Source: Chara braunii (Eukaryota > Plantae > Charophyceae). From it: DNA of 64,000 nt. The notes under the pieces are model-generated. The model saw only the letters and a program-made list of their open reading frames with translations. It made no database searches and had not been told where the DNA came from. This document shows positions 14,319-27,106 of the stretch, piece by piece. The first letter of the stretch is position 1. Each line of letters opens with the position of its first letter. The position numbers were made by a program, and so were the translations under genes. Where the stretch lies: NCBI GenBank assembly GCA_003427395.1, contig BFEA01000012.1:3523312-3587311 (forward strand), written 5' to 3'.

Positions 14319-17300
14319 GCAGAGGCTAGATACTGCCTTGAGATAGGTATGGCCCAATTCACCCCCTGTCCGTAAACCTTCTGTAACTTTTTCTTTTCTT
14401 CTCTTCTCTCTTTTCTTCTCTTTTCTTCTTCTTCTTCTTCTTTTTTTCGGATTTTTTCGGACGTCAGTCCGGCTGGACATCATGCTCTGTCCAGGTCCGG
14501 GTCCGGGTCCAGTGTAACCATGGTTCGGATCCTGGCTATTAAAAAAGGGAAGATCACTGCCATGAGTTATTTCATGGTTATGAGAGAAACGGCAACCATT
14601 GCACCAAAAGATTCAAAACAGCTCACGTGATGGAGTGGAGAACCTCGTACAGAAAGGAAGCAAAGTATAACACAGCCGCGTGATTCTTTGCACCGCAGTT
14701 TTTGTGAAACATATTTGTTGTCATAACGATAACAAAAACCGAATACGGACGGCCTCCTTTTCAAAGACACGACATGAGAGGATGGAGACCTCAAGTAACA
14801 ACAAATTTCTTCGGACTTTTACTGTGTTCGGCGAAACAACAAGGTCCAGAATCCAGACTCCATAACACCGAAACTGTTGAGAATCTGATTTCATCATATC
14901 AAAGCAACAATTTTTTTTAGGCCTGATCAATATTGGTATTGAAATCACTACAAAAGACTCACAAGTAAAGATAACCTTTCTGTTTTACATGCTTGAATTG
15001 AAGTCTGCGCTGGTCCACGTGGTCCTGCCTACGTTTGTCAGCTCAAACTGTAGGCAACAATAGGGGGATGAGACGCACGCATACCAAGAGTGAAATCACT
15101 TTTCATATTGAAACCATGGTTCGTTCTTACCAGGATAATCTCGCTGCAGAATATGATGAATAAACGTTGTCTTTCCTGTGGAATACTGACCCAGCAGCAT
15201 TACCATGGGTTTCGCATTGAAGTCGCTATCTGTCTGCAAATTGGTGCACGGGTAAACAATGCATGTATTAAGCGCAGCGCAGTTTTTCTTTTTCCTTTTC
15301 ATTTCTTCAGTCCACTGAACAACCAAAAAGGTTGTTACGCAAGTAAACAGGCCATTCAGGTCACCGAAAAGCTAAGAAAAAACGTAATTGATCACATAAA
15401 TTGACATAATAATATATTATAATAACATCAAGGAAGGTCACAATGTCAAAGTCGAATGAATCCAATTTCAAGCAATAGCTGTTTCTCAACTCCATAGTCC
15501 ATAGACTCCAGAGTCCATACCGATCTATGATTCAACGCAGTGAATTCACTTAACAGTGTTAACACCAATTTCATTGTTGTGTTTTCAACTCTGTAAGACC
15601 TGGAGTGAGTACATAGCAGCGAGTCATCTGTCAACCACGCTGGCATGATGCTGACATTCACACAAATTTTACAGGGTAAGAAAACCTTGTATTCTACTCT
15701 GCTGCATGAGTTGGCGGCATTTTTCTGTCCAACTTCTTGTTGTACCATTTAAACCCCACCAGTACCCCGGTGAGGTACATGTGAGACTGGGCCACATTTA
15801 ACACCGTGCCCAAGAAAGATCTGGCCTACCGGCCTACCAGGAGTGGGCAGTGCAGGGAGGGCCAAAGAAAATTTGGTGTCCTCCTCACTTTGGCTATTTT
15901 TCGCTCTCACCTCCTTCAAGAAAACAAAGAAAAAACTGAAAACAATCATGGATGTAGGGTACCTATCACCATGGATTTCTTGCTTGCATGGAGAAATAAT
16001 CAAAATTTTGAAAACAAAACAATCAAAGTACAAAGTTTCGCCTCTCAAAATTTGCTCGCACAAATGCGATGCATATATGGCTACCATTGCCAGATCATCC
16101 AACCTCATAACAACTCTGCTAGTTCAGATGCGGGTAAATTCAAGCACTGCGGTTAAAGTGTAAATTTAGTAATTTGCTAAATTACTAAATCAGTCTAAAT
16201 CATACTAAATCAGTCTAAATGTCCATTCTAGTCGTTGAAAGTTGAGACTGCCGATCCTGCACACGCTGCACTGATTTATTTTGGACTCACTGGGGCATTG
16301 GAGGAACGAGGGGTTGAAAGAAAGGAAGGAGGCGAATGGAGGGGGAGAGGCGGGCATGGAGGTTGCACAGGGAGTCCAGAATTATCGCTCAGGTCTCAAC
16401 CGGATAGTCCCGTGAGTTTTAGGGCCAGGCCCCACTGGTGGTAGATTCTTGCCAAGAAAGCATGAACAAGACCATAATTATGACCGCGTTCATGCCTTCC
16501 AGGAATAAACATAGCTCCAGTGGACCATGATTATGGCCCTCAGTGGATTGGCAAGCCGGTTCCAATCAGTCNATTATGACCGCGTTCATGCCTTCCAGGA
16601 ATAAACATAGCTCCAGTGGACCATGATTATGGCCCTCAGTGGATTGGCAAGCCGGTTCCAATCAGTCTTCCACAGAGCTACTTTTCACATTATGCAGCCA
16701 TCTTCACACTTCAGAACAAGACCATTATTATGACCGCGTTCATGCCTTCCAGGAATAAACATAGCTCCAGTGGACCATGATTATGNTATGCAGCCATCTT
16801 CACACTTCAGAACAAGACCATTATTATGACCGCGTTCATGCCTTCCAGGAATAAACATAGCTCCAGTGGACCATGATTATGACCCTTATTGGATTGGCAA
16901 GCCGGTTCCAATCAGTCTAAGAAATGCCCTTTCGGTCAAAGCTGTAACGAACAATGAAAAAGGACAGATGGGAGGAAGGTAAGAGAAAACTGCAACCATC
17001 CAACCAAGTGCACAGATCCTAATGCACCATATTAGTTCTACCTCATGGTCTTAAGACACTTAACGCTTAAACTACGGCAAGGTCCGACTTACCTAGGCGG
17101 TGTTTCTGGCCGTTGATCTTCATAACCTACCTACGGTTAAAAGTGCTGAACCCAAGAACGTGGAACCTCTCCCCTGGTGATATATGCTGTTGTCACTTTC
17201 ACTTTCTTCTTTCATTCAGCTCAACTTCAGTGCCAGTTATGCTGCTGACAAAATTGAAAAGAACAGGTGGGGGGAAAAAAAGAAGCGAACCAACAGGCCT

Positions 17301-20300
17301 AGCTCGGTTGGTACACCCATGAACTATTGAAATATAGACCAGAGTTCAAATCAGATGGAACTCAATGAAGGGGGGGGGAAACAAAACAGAAGGGGGAGTG
17401 TTTTTTTTAATGACAATTCTATTGCCCATCAATAATCCTTTAGCCATTACGGATCTGTTTCAAAATAACAAGTGGTTGCTTGTGGCAGCTACAACGGGCA
17501 AGCATCAGGACACCTCCTCTCCGCAGCACAACTTTTCAGTGCCATGCAGGTCGGCTGCGGTGAGGTCGGCTGCGGTGAGGTCGGCTGTGGTGTTCAGCTT
17601 CACTCCCAGCACAACGGAAAAGTGCCACGACACCTCTCCACAGCACAACTTTTCAGTGTCATGCAGATTGGCTGCCGGGTTATGACGTAAGGTGTGAGTT
17701 GAATGCGGTGCCATGTAGATTGGGTGCGGTCCCATGGAGCCAGGGTGTGCAAGGAACATGAGTATGGACGAGGCACAGAAATCCAGAATGCAATATCACA
17801 CTGAAGTCCAAGTATTCAAAGCCAAAGCAAATAGTACGATGGAACCGAGTAACCATCCAATTGAGAATGATACAGAAGAATCGTGAGTCAATGTCCATGC
17901 CCTACAGGGCAACACCAACAGCATANATAGTACGATGGAACCGAGTAACCATCCAATTGAGAATGATACAGAAGAATCGTGAGTCAATGTCCATGCCCTA
18001 CAGGGCAACACCAACAGCATAACCCAAACGTAGCTCTCTCTTGTGAATGGCGCCAGGAGCCCTATCTACTCTACGGCCTATCCTACAACTACAGCAATGA
18101 ACAGCAACCAGACAACTTGACTACCAGCGAGTGATGATGTCAACACCAGTGCCGATCTCCACCATCACCAGGTACGTGTCCTCTTCCCCACACTCTCCCT
18201 TGTTACCCACACAGCGCCCTTCACCTCCGAAGTACCACCTTCCCCCTTCACCTCTCTGCGTCCTCTGCAGCCCGGCTATGGCCGCCAAGCGCCCTGTATG
18301 CAGGCAGCGCCCTACCGCCTAGCGCTGGCCTGCCTGCTCTTAGCGCAGCACTGCCTTGCACAGCNCAGCACACATGCATCCGCGCAGCGTGCCCGCANGT
18401 GCCNGCGTTGGCCAAGATCCCTGCCCACTCGCCCTGCTTGCCNATATGCCAGTGCAGCGTGTGGGCGGCCTCCCTTCAGCCTGTGACCNGGGCCCAGAGG
18501 CTGAACTCAGCCNGATACAGTTGGGCCCNGGGAGATGCAGTTGTGCCTCTCTCGTCAAGGCCTGCGGCCAGANTCAGACAGTGGGCCGGTTTCCCTTTGC
18601 ATTTTCGGCCTCTATACCCAGCGTGCATTGTCGGCCTCACGTTCAGGAGCCCAGGGCCTAACTAACTCAGNNGCCCTGGNCATTTCAGCATTNGCTGAGA
18701 TCCGAAACTCGNTGCACTCCAACCAACTGGCGTGCTGCAACTGTAAGGACCCCACTTCGTGAAATGTATGCACAGAGGGCTATTGTTGATTTGCTGGCCC
18801 GCCTTCACTTAGGGCGGGCANNNNNNNNNNNNNNNNNNNNNNNNNNNNNNNNNNNNNNNNNNNNNNNNNNNNNNNNNNNNNNNNNNNNNNNNNNNNNNNN
18901 NNNNNNNNNNNNNNNNNNNNNNNNNNNNNNNNNNNNNNNNNNNNNNNNNNNNNNNNNNNNNNNNNNNNNNNNNNNNNNNNNNNNNNNNNNNNNNNNNNNN
19001 NNNNNNNNNNNNNNNNNNNNNNNNNNNNNACTGGCGTGCTGCAACTGTAAGGACCCCACTTCGTGAAATGTATGCACAGAGGGCTATTGTTGATTTGCTG
19101 GCCCGCCTTCACTTAGGGCGGGCATGAGGCTTGCTGGGGCCTTAGCCCAGAACATGTACATCATGGCAAGGCCCCATCTTGAGGGCTCATTCCTCACATT
19201 CCATCCCCCTTAGCTTCGAAAGTCCGCTGAGATGCTTACTTCGCAGGTGCCTTCCCTTTTAGCTTCCGTTCATAATCTCCCACCACCTGAGGAGCTGTTT
19301 CCATCAGTTCCTCCCGGGTAAACCACCGATCTTCTTTTGGATCCGTATGATGCCTGAATCTGATCCGGTATTCTCTCTTGGGTTTAGGAGGTCTTCCTCG
19401 ACCCAGCGGCTTCTGAACAGGCATATCTCTGTGATCCACAATGTCGTCGATATCCACTTGTCCATCCATGGTTGGGGCCAGCATCGATCTCCTGGAAGGG
19501 AATTGATCAGTCTCAGCGAAAGGTGCAAGCTTTGAGGCATGAAAGACTGGGTGAGTGCGTAGGTGTCCAGGGACACGAATGACATATGTGGGACCATCCA
19601 ACTCATCTCCCACTACATCCAAGACTTCCCAGGGACCAAAGTACTGAGGCATTCGTTTGCGAGATATTCCGAACTCCTGTCCTAACTCACTAGCCTTGAC
19701 CCAGACACGTTCCCCTACCTGAAATGTGGACTGTCTGCGATGTTGATTCTCAGAAGCAATCATGGCTTGCTGAGCTTCTTCATATGTTCAACACCCTCTT
19801 GCAACAACTTCTCATATTGCACACCGTATTCAAGTGTGCCTGGAGTTGCAGCAGGTCGGTTTTCAGGTAGGAGGAAGGCTAGTGCTGATCTAGGCTTCCA
19901 TCCTAAGTGCAGCTGGTTAGGACTAACGCCGGTACTACTATGTATAGCATTGTTGTACAGGCTGGCGATGAGAGGTAACTGCTCATCCCAGTCATCCTGG
20001 CTGGGCTTGATGTAATGCCTCAGCAAGTGCTGTACAACTCTATTCATTTGTTCGGCCTGTCCGTTGGCTTCGGGATGATTCCCTGAAGTCATCTGAAGTT
20101 GACTGCCCATCTGTTCCGCAGTCTTTTTCCACAGCTCACTTGTGAATCGTACGTCTCGGTCACTAATGATGGTCTTTGGTAAACCAAAGTCCCTTACCCA
20201 GTTGTCCTTGAACAACTTGATGACGTATTCTGTCCTGGCTGTCTCCGGCATTGGTATTAGTCTAGCGTACTTGGTGAATCGGTCGATGATGACGAAAATG

Positions 20301-23300
20301 TGCCTCTTACCACTCTTGCTGGTCACTAGGGTGTCCATGAAGTCCATGGAAACACTCAATCCTGGACCATCAGGAATAGGTAAAGGCTTCAACAACCCAA
20401 GNNGTGCTTGAGTTCGCGGCTTGTCCCGCTGACAGACCTGATAGGTCTCAACATACTTCTTTGCGTCATCTAGCATTTTGGGCCACCAAAATCGCTGTAC
20501 TAAGTTAGCACTCGTCTTCTTGTAGCCAAAGTGCCCAGTTGCGTCATGACATTCGCCTAAAAATAAACTACGCAACTGTTCACTAGATGGAACTACCAAT
20601 CTCTTTACTCCGGTCTTATCAAGATAGATTAGCCCATCCACCATCACAAACTCACTTTTTGTGGCCTTGTCTTTTGCCTAAAGTTTGCGGATGATGTCCA
20701 TCGTGACAGGATCTTCCTGATAGGCTCCCACCAATGATTGAGTTACTTCGTTAGATACGCCAAATTCAGAAACTAGCGCACCTAGGTAGTCTGCTCTACG
20801 GGATAGCGCGTCTGCAACCTTGTTGTACTCTCCCTTCAGGTACTCAAGCTTGAAGTCATATTGATCTATGACCTCTATCCATCGCTTGAGTGCATCAGAA
20901 AGAGCCGGTTGAGTCTTGATCCATTTGAGGGTCTGATGATCAGTCCTCAGATAGAAGAACCTTCCCAAAAGGAAGTGTCTCCAATGGACAAGTGCCTTGT
21001 AGAGAGCATAGAGTTCCCTTTCGTAGGTGGACTTAGCCAACTTCTTCGATGGCATCTTCTTACTCATGTACTCAATCGGTCTCAACTTTTTCCCATCCTG
21101 CTGAGCCAGCACCGCGCCAATGTCGTATTGGCTTGCGTCAGTGGTTACTATGAATGGCTTCTGCGGATCGGGAACCATGAGAACTTCATGATTCATGAGT
21201 GCATGCTTCAATCTCTTGAAAGCACCCTCGCACTCATCACTCCAATCCCACGGTGTGTCAAGTCGAGTTAGATCAGTCAAAGGAGAGGCGACTGTAGAAT
21301 AGTTCTTAACGAAATTTCTATAGTAGCCGCACATTCCTAAGAATGACCTGACCTCAGTGATTGTCTGAGGTCGTGGCCAGTTTCGAATACTAGCCACCTT
21401 CTTATCCCAGTCGAACTGGGGCTTAGCAACTTCGAGGTAGTACATGCCTAGCAACATATCGAATGGCAAGTCGTCGCTAACCAAGAACGAGATTTTATGG
21501 TTAAGCTCACCTCCTCCATAGGAGAAGGTACAGACTACGTCCTTGATGTAGTCTGTTACAATCATGCGCTCCTTGTTGGCCAAAGTAGATGCTACAGGTC
21601 TACTAAGGTGCCGTACCCGGTCCTGTAGGTGCAGCCTTTCCAAACAATCGCGACTTATGTAATTCCGCGTGGAGCCCATGTCTATGAAGGCACCACATTT
21701 GCGGCCTCCTACATCCACTTCCACTACGAAATGTTCCCCTCTAGGACCCTTCTTTAGCGCCACCCAAGACTCGCGAGGGTCCTTGTTTGACCATTCGCAT
21801 TCTAAGTCTTTTAAGGCTTCAGACACATCTAACGTACAGAGCATAGTTTGGTCTAGATGCGTCTGCGGGGTGACTAAGGAGTCATTAGCTTCGGCCTTGT
21901 CATGAAGTGAGGAGGGTATCATTCCCACTTCATCTTGAGTAGAAGCCGCTACTACTTCCACTGGCCCTACGCGTTTCCCGAGCTAGAAGCCTGAGAATAA
22001 GTTGCCCCCACTTTTGGGGCAACCTTTTGTGCAACCTTAGCGTTCTAGCACTTCCACTGCGTGTGTCCGTACTCTCCGTAGTTGATACAAGCGCAACGCA
22101 TTCGGCGGTCACGCCACACGTCTTGATCAAGACCTGCTTTTACCCAGTCAGCCTGCTTGGTCTGAATGGAGGCAGCCTTCCCTTGACCCCTAGGCTGGCC
22201 CTTCCCTTGGTCTGCCGCCTTAGTCTTAACTACCGCGGCGAGGGTGCTACCCTCAGCTATCTCCTCGCCGTCAAACTCTGTGTAGTCCACCAGGTCAGAG
22301 AGCTCGTCGATCTCTGTTTGAGTCCCATCAGACTCAACCATCATCAACTTCGCCCCCTTCTTCTTCCACTTCTGAGGACTTTTCTTCTTCTTTGAGTCAT
22401 TTCCTGAGGTGGGTTGAGCATTGCCTAGTGTGGCCTCCAAGTCTAAGGCTTTTCTAGACAATCTCTCAAACGTGTGGTACTCGATGCGTGCCTCACTGGC
22501 TAGCAAGTTCCTCATGTTCTCCATAAGACATCTAACAAACGTAGTTAAGAGGAACTGGTCACTGTAGTTGATGCCTGGGACGAGGATCAGGCTCTCGACG
22601 GTAGTCGTAAGCTCTCTAATTGACATGAACTTGCGTTGGTCCAGTTTGTTAATGGCATCAGTGGCCCTTTGCGCCTCCTGTGGATTATGCCATCGAGCTT
22701 CTACCATTTCCATGAATTGGTCTAGAGTCAAAGACTTAGCCCAATCCCCCATGCGTCGCCCATGCCTGGCCTTCACAACTACACCATCTAACCATTTGGC
22801 TGCCTTACCCTCTAGGGAAGACGCCGCAGTTATCACTTCGTCCTCAGGCAAGGTCCTTTTGGCCTTCACCCAAACCGGGACTGTCCTCAACCATGTGTTG
22901 AGTTCTTCGTCCTTTCTCTCGCCTGAGAAGGCAAGAGGCGGTTTCATTGGGGTCTTGGGATACCATTGACCTTGCGGCTGTCCAGTTGGCTGAACAGGTT
23001 GTTGTGGNGATGCANCAATCACCACTGGACCCGAAGAAGAAGATGCAACAGTCTGTNCTGCTGCTGCAGATGTGCCACTTGGCTGTGTGCCAGCTTGTAC
23101 GGCAAAGGGGCCTGACATCGCCCTTAACGGCAACGGCGATTGTGCTGGTGGCCAGAATCCTGGCTTTGTCAATGCATTCAGGATCTGGTCCAAAGTGCTT
23201 TGCATGAAGTCCATCCTGCTGTCAACGTGCGCATGCAGCGACAACATGTTGTCCCTCAACACTTTCAGGGTGTCAGACAAACTCGATTCGTCCAATCCCT

Positions 23301-26300
23301 CTAACGCAGCCTTGTCAGCCTCTAACGTATCAAGTCTGGCTGCTCTACTTTTTATCTCTTTTTCTCTATCGGTTGCTTTCTTTAGATCCTCCTCTAACTG
23401 CTGGCGGAGCCCCTCGACCTGTTGGATCTCTCTGAGCTCCCTCTCACGCGGGGTCAACGGGCTGAACTACGAGCCCGCCGTTTGACTAGAAGACTGTCTA
23501 GACCCTGTTGAACCGGAAGTGCCCGAGGAACTTGTGGAACTCGGTGGCATTCCCAAATGAGTCCCACTAGTCCCTGACGAGGACGCAGACGATGACGCAG
23601 CACAGCTTGCGCCGTTAGCCATTGCTGCTGCTCTGGCTGCTGTTGCCTGCTCTCTAGCTGCTGCGTTTGCTGCGGCTATCCCCGCTGCTAGAGCACGGGC
23701 TCTACGTTCGGCACGAAGCCGTCTTTCTTCTCCCTCGTCCAAGGTTCTGAACACGTGCGGAACCCTTAATGCTTCCGAACGTGTAAGTCTCCTGTTGTCA
23801 GCTCTATCATCACCAGGATCTGACCCACTCATTAGTTAGGCAGATAATGTCTACACTAGAATCCCCTAGTGGAATCCTACCGCAGCATGTATCTGACCGG
23901 CACAAAATTTTCTATATATAGTTGTGTCAGGCGAGTATCCTACTATACCGAATCAAGTGGCATGTCTACAACATTCACACAGATTGTCTACATAGTCTAG
24001 ATGCACCCTGAATGGTTCACTTACAGCAGCATGAGTTAGAACTGGCTATGGCAGCATACAACAGTCCTACACTAATCTGTCTGTGAGGTTAGCAGTCCGT
24101 CAACCAACTAATCAAAGGTACAAAAAGACAATGTAGCAGATGTATGATTGATGGGTATAGTTGTGTATACAGTTGAGCATCAATTAGAACCTACCCTCCC
24201 CTCCATCCAACCATCCGGACAGCATCTTGAGCAAAGCAGTGTGATCGTGTGTGTATCGGCCCACCCCTGTGCCCAAGTCAGAGCCAAGTAAGCCAGTCAG
24301 CCCACTCTTATTTACCCTCGTACGGAAACGAGCCTTACACACGGATGATCTGGCTGATCAGGAGGAATTTATAGAGCGCCCCCACCTCTTCAGGAATTCT
24401 TTAACGTCGCAGTCAGGACGACGATCACAGCCAGAATCATTCCGTGTACCCAACCAGAAATGTTTATAGACGGTCTGGTAAGTGTCTCATACAAGGCTGG
24501 CATACTTGGCAAGACTTCTATCTGAGCGCAGCATGTGCAAAAAACAGGACAGCAGCCATCGCATGCGTGCACTACTCCCTGTGGGTTGGCATGGTGACCG
24601 TGACCCAAGTGCTTCGACCAGGGCCCTTCAGAGGCACCGCCCTTACTCCTTCCAGATGCTTCCGGGAAGATTGTCGTCTCTCAAGGTAGCGCGCTCACGA
24701 CACCTCACCAAAAGAGAGGACTCTCTAGTTGGACTCACTTCCTCACGGTAAGAAGAGATTGAGAGAGTAGATAAGGTAAGGGATCAACATACCTGGAGAT
24801 AGCTGCCCCCAACCACAAATTTCTCACCAATTGAGCTGATGTTGCATTTGATGACCGGTCATGACCTCGGTACCACCCACAACGCAATGCAGTGCCACCT
24901 TAGTCCAACGACACATCAGCATGCTCTCATCATCAATCAAACATTCCGCTGTATCCCACGGCATAAAATGCCGAAATAGCCTTCCGGTGCACCCCTCTCT
25001 ACTCAGGGACACCTATCAATGGCCTGACGTCACAAGTACCAACTGCGAAGAAGCATCATCAACGCACCAAGTCTGTATAACGCCAGCATGCCGAAGGCAA
25101 GTGGCGATCAAACCAGCTCTGATACCAAATTGCAAGGAACATGAGTATGGACGAAGCACAGAAATCCAGAATGCAATATCACACTGAAGTCCAAGTATTC
25201 AAAGCCAAAGCAGATAGTACGATGGAACCGAGTAACCATCCAATTGAGAATGATACAGAAGAATCGTGAGTCAATGTCCATGCCCTACAGGGCAACACCA
25301 ACAGCATANNNNNNNNNNNNNNNNNNNNNNNNNNNNNNNNNNNNNNNNNNNNNNNNNNNNNNNNNNNNNNNNNNNNNNNNNNNNNNNNNNNNNNNNNNNN
25401 NNNNNNNNNNNNNNNNNNNNNNNNNNNNNNNNNNNNNNNNNNNNNNNNNNNNNNNNNNNNNNNNNNNNNNNNNNNNNNNNNNNNNNNNNNNNNNNNNNNN
25501 NNNNNNNNNNNNNNNNNNNNNNNNNNNNNNNNNNNNNNNNNNNNNNNNNNNNNNNNNNNNNNNNNNNNNNNNNNNNNNNNNNNNNNNNNNNNNNNNNNNN
25601 NNNNNNNNNNNNNNNNNNNNNNNNNNNNNNNNNNNNNNNNNNNNNNNNNNNNNNNNNNNNNNNNNNNNNNNNNNNNNNNNNNNNNNNNNNNNNNNNNNNN
25701 NNNNNNNNNNNNNNNNNNNNNNNNNNNNNNNNNNNNNNNNNNNNNNNNNNNNNNNNNNNNNNNNNNNNNNNNNNNNNNNNNNNNNNNNNNNNNNNNNNNN
25801 NNNNNNNNNNNNNNNNNNNNNNNNNNNNNNNNNNNNNNNNNNNNNNNNNNNNNNNNNNNNNNNNNNNNNNNNNNNNNNNNNNNNNNNNNNNNNNNNNNNN
25901 NNNNNNNNNNNNNNNNNNNNNNNNNNNNNNNNNNNNNNNNNNNNNNNNNNNNNNNNNNNNNNNNNNNNNNNNNNNNNNNNNNNNNNNNNNNNNNNNNNNN
26001 NNNNNNNNNNNNNNNNNNNNNNNNNNNNNNNNNNNNNNNNNNNNNNNNNNNNNNNNNNNNNNNNNNNNACTGGCGTGCTGCAACTGTAAGGACCCCACTT
26101 CGTGAAATGTATGCACAGAGGGCTATTGTTGATTTGCTGGCCCGCCTTCACTTAGGGCGGGCACGAGGCTTGCTGGGGCCTTAGCCCAGAACATGTACAT
26201 CATGGCAAGGCCCCATCTTGAGGGCTCATTCCTCACAGGTGGGTGGAACCACCAGATATTTGAAGTGCACATGCACAGACATGACCACTCGACCACACAC

Positions 26301-27033
26301 ACACACACACGACAACATACACAGAGAAACAGTTCCCGGACAGCATGAGAAAGAAAGAGCACACCATGGCATCGGCAGATGGTATGCTGTGGTGTGGGCG
26401 ATAATCTGTGGGATGGGTGATACCATGCAGACTGGTCAGTGCGGCACAAATGCAGGATAGGTGGGTGATGCTACGCGGAGGTAGGTAGTGCGATCCGGGG
26501 TCTGTGGGCTGGGCTGGGCTGGGTGGTGTTATGTGGCCGGATAATACCATGCAGGTTGGGTGGTACCATCCTGGGTGCATCATAACATGTGGACTCCATG
26601 GCACTAACGGACACATGGCAACCAAAAAACAAAGGAAAAAGCACAGATGGCCCCAAAATAACACGCACACGCACACTTAGATAGACAAGCTGGCCCTTGA
26701 CATGGCGCGGAGGTACGATATGTGGGCCGGCGGTATCGTGTGGATAGGCTGATACCATGTGGGCGGAGCAGTACATTATGGCTGGTACCACGTGGGGTGG
26801 GTCATGGAGTGGGTGACACCACGTGGACCGGATGGTAAGCAAACACACACACGGTCACAAAAAAAAAAAAAAAAAAAAAACATGGGCGACATTAGGCACA
26901 ACTCAGTTCCATTCACTGCCAGGTGGCACTATGTGGCCTGGGTGATACTATGTCGGTTGGGTTGTGCCATGTGGGATGGGTCACACTATGTGGGCCGGAT
27001 GGTACTAAGACACAGAGCCAAGGAAAACACACA

Positions 27034-27106
<73 letters not shown>

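Larger units (their letters stand above)
17748..26237 (-). mobile_element. Ty3/Gypsy LTR retrotransposon (chromovirus), defective, inside an EHD intron
   Basis: Paired LTRs with TG...CA ends, GGTG on both flanks (17744-17747 and 26238-26241), tRNA-iMet PBS, PPT, domain order gag-PR-RH-IN-chromodomain. Confidence 0.95.

Noticed and set aside
16470-16920. Tandem repeat of about 95-120 bp
   Set aside because: Two of the junctions are single n characters with identical overlaps (as at 17927), typical of unmerged contig ends; true copy number uncertain
25244-26151. Long ORFs spanning N runs (also 29780-30833, 33345-34416)
   Set aside because: Artefacts of translating gaps
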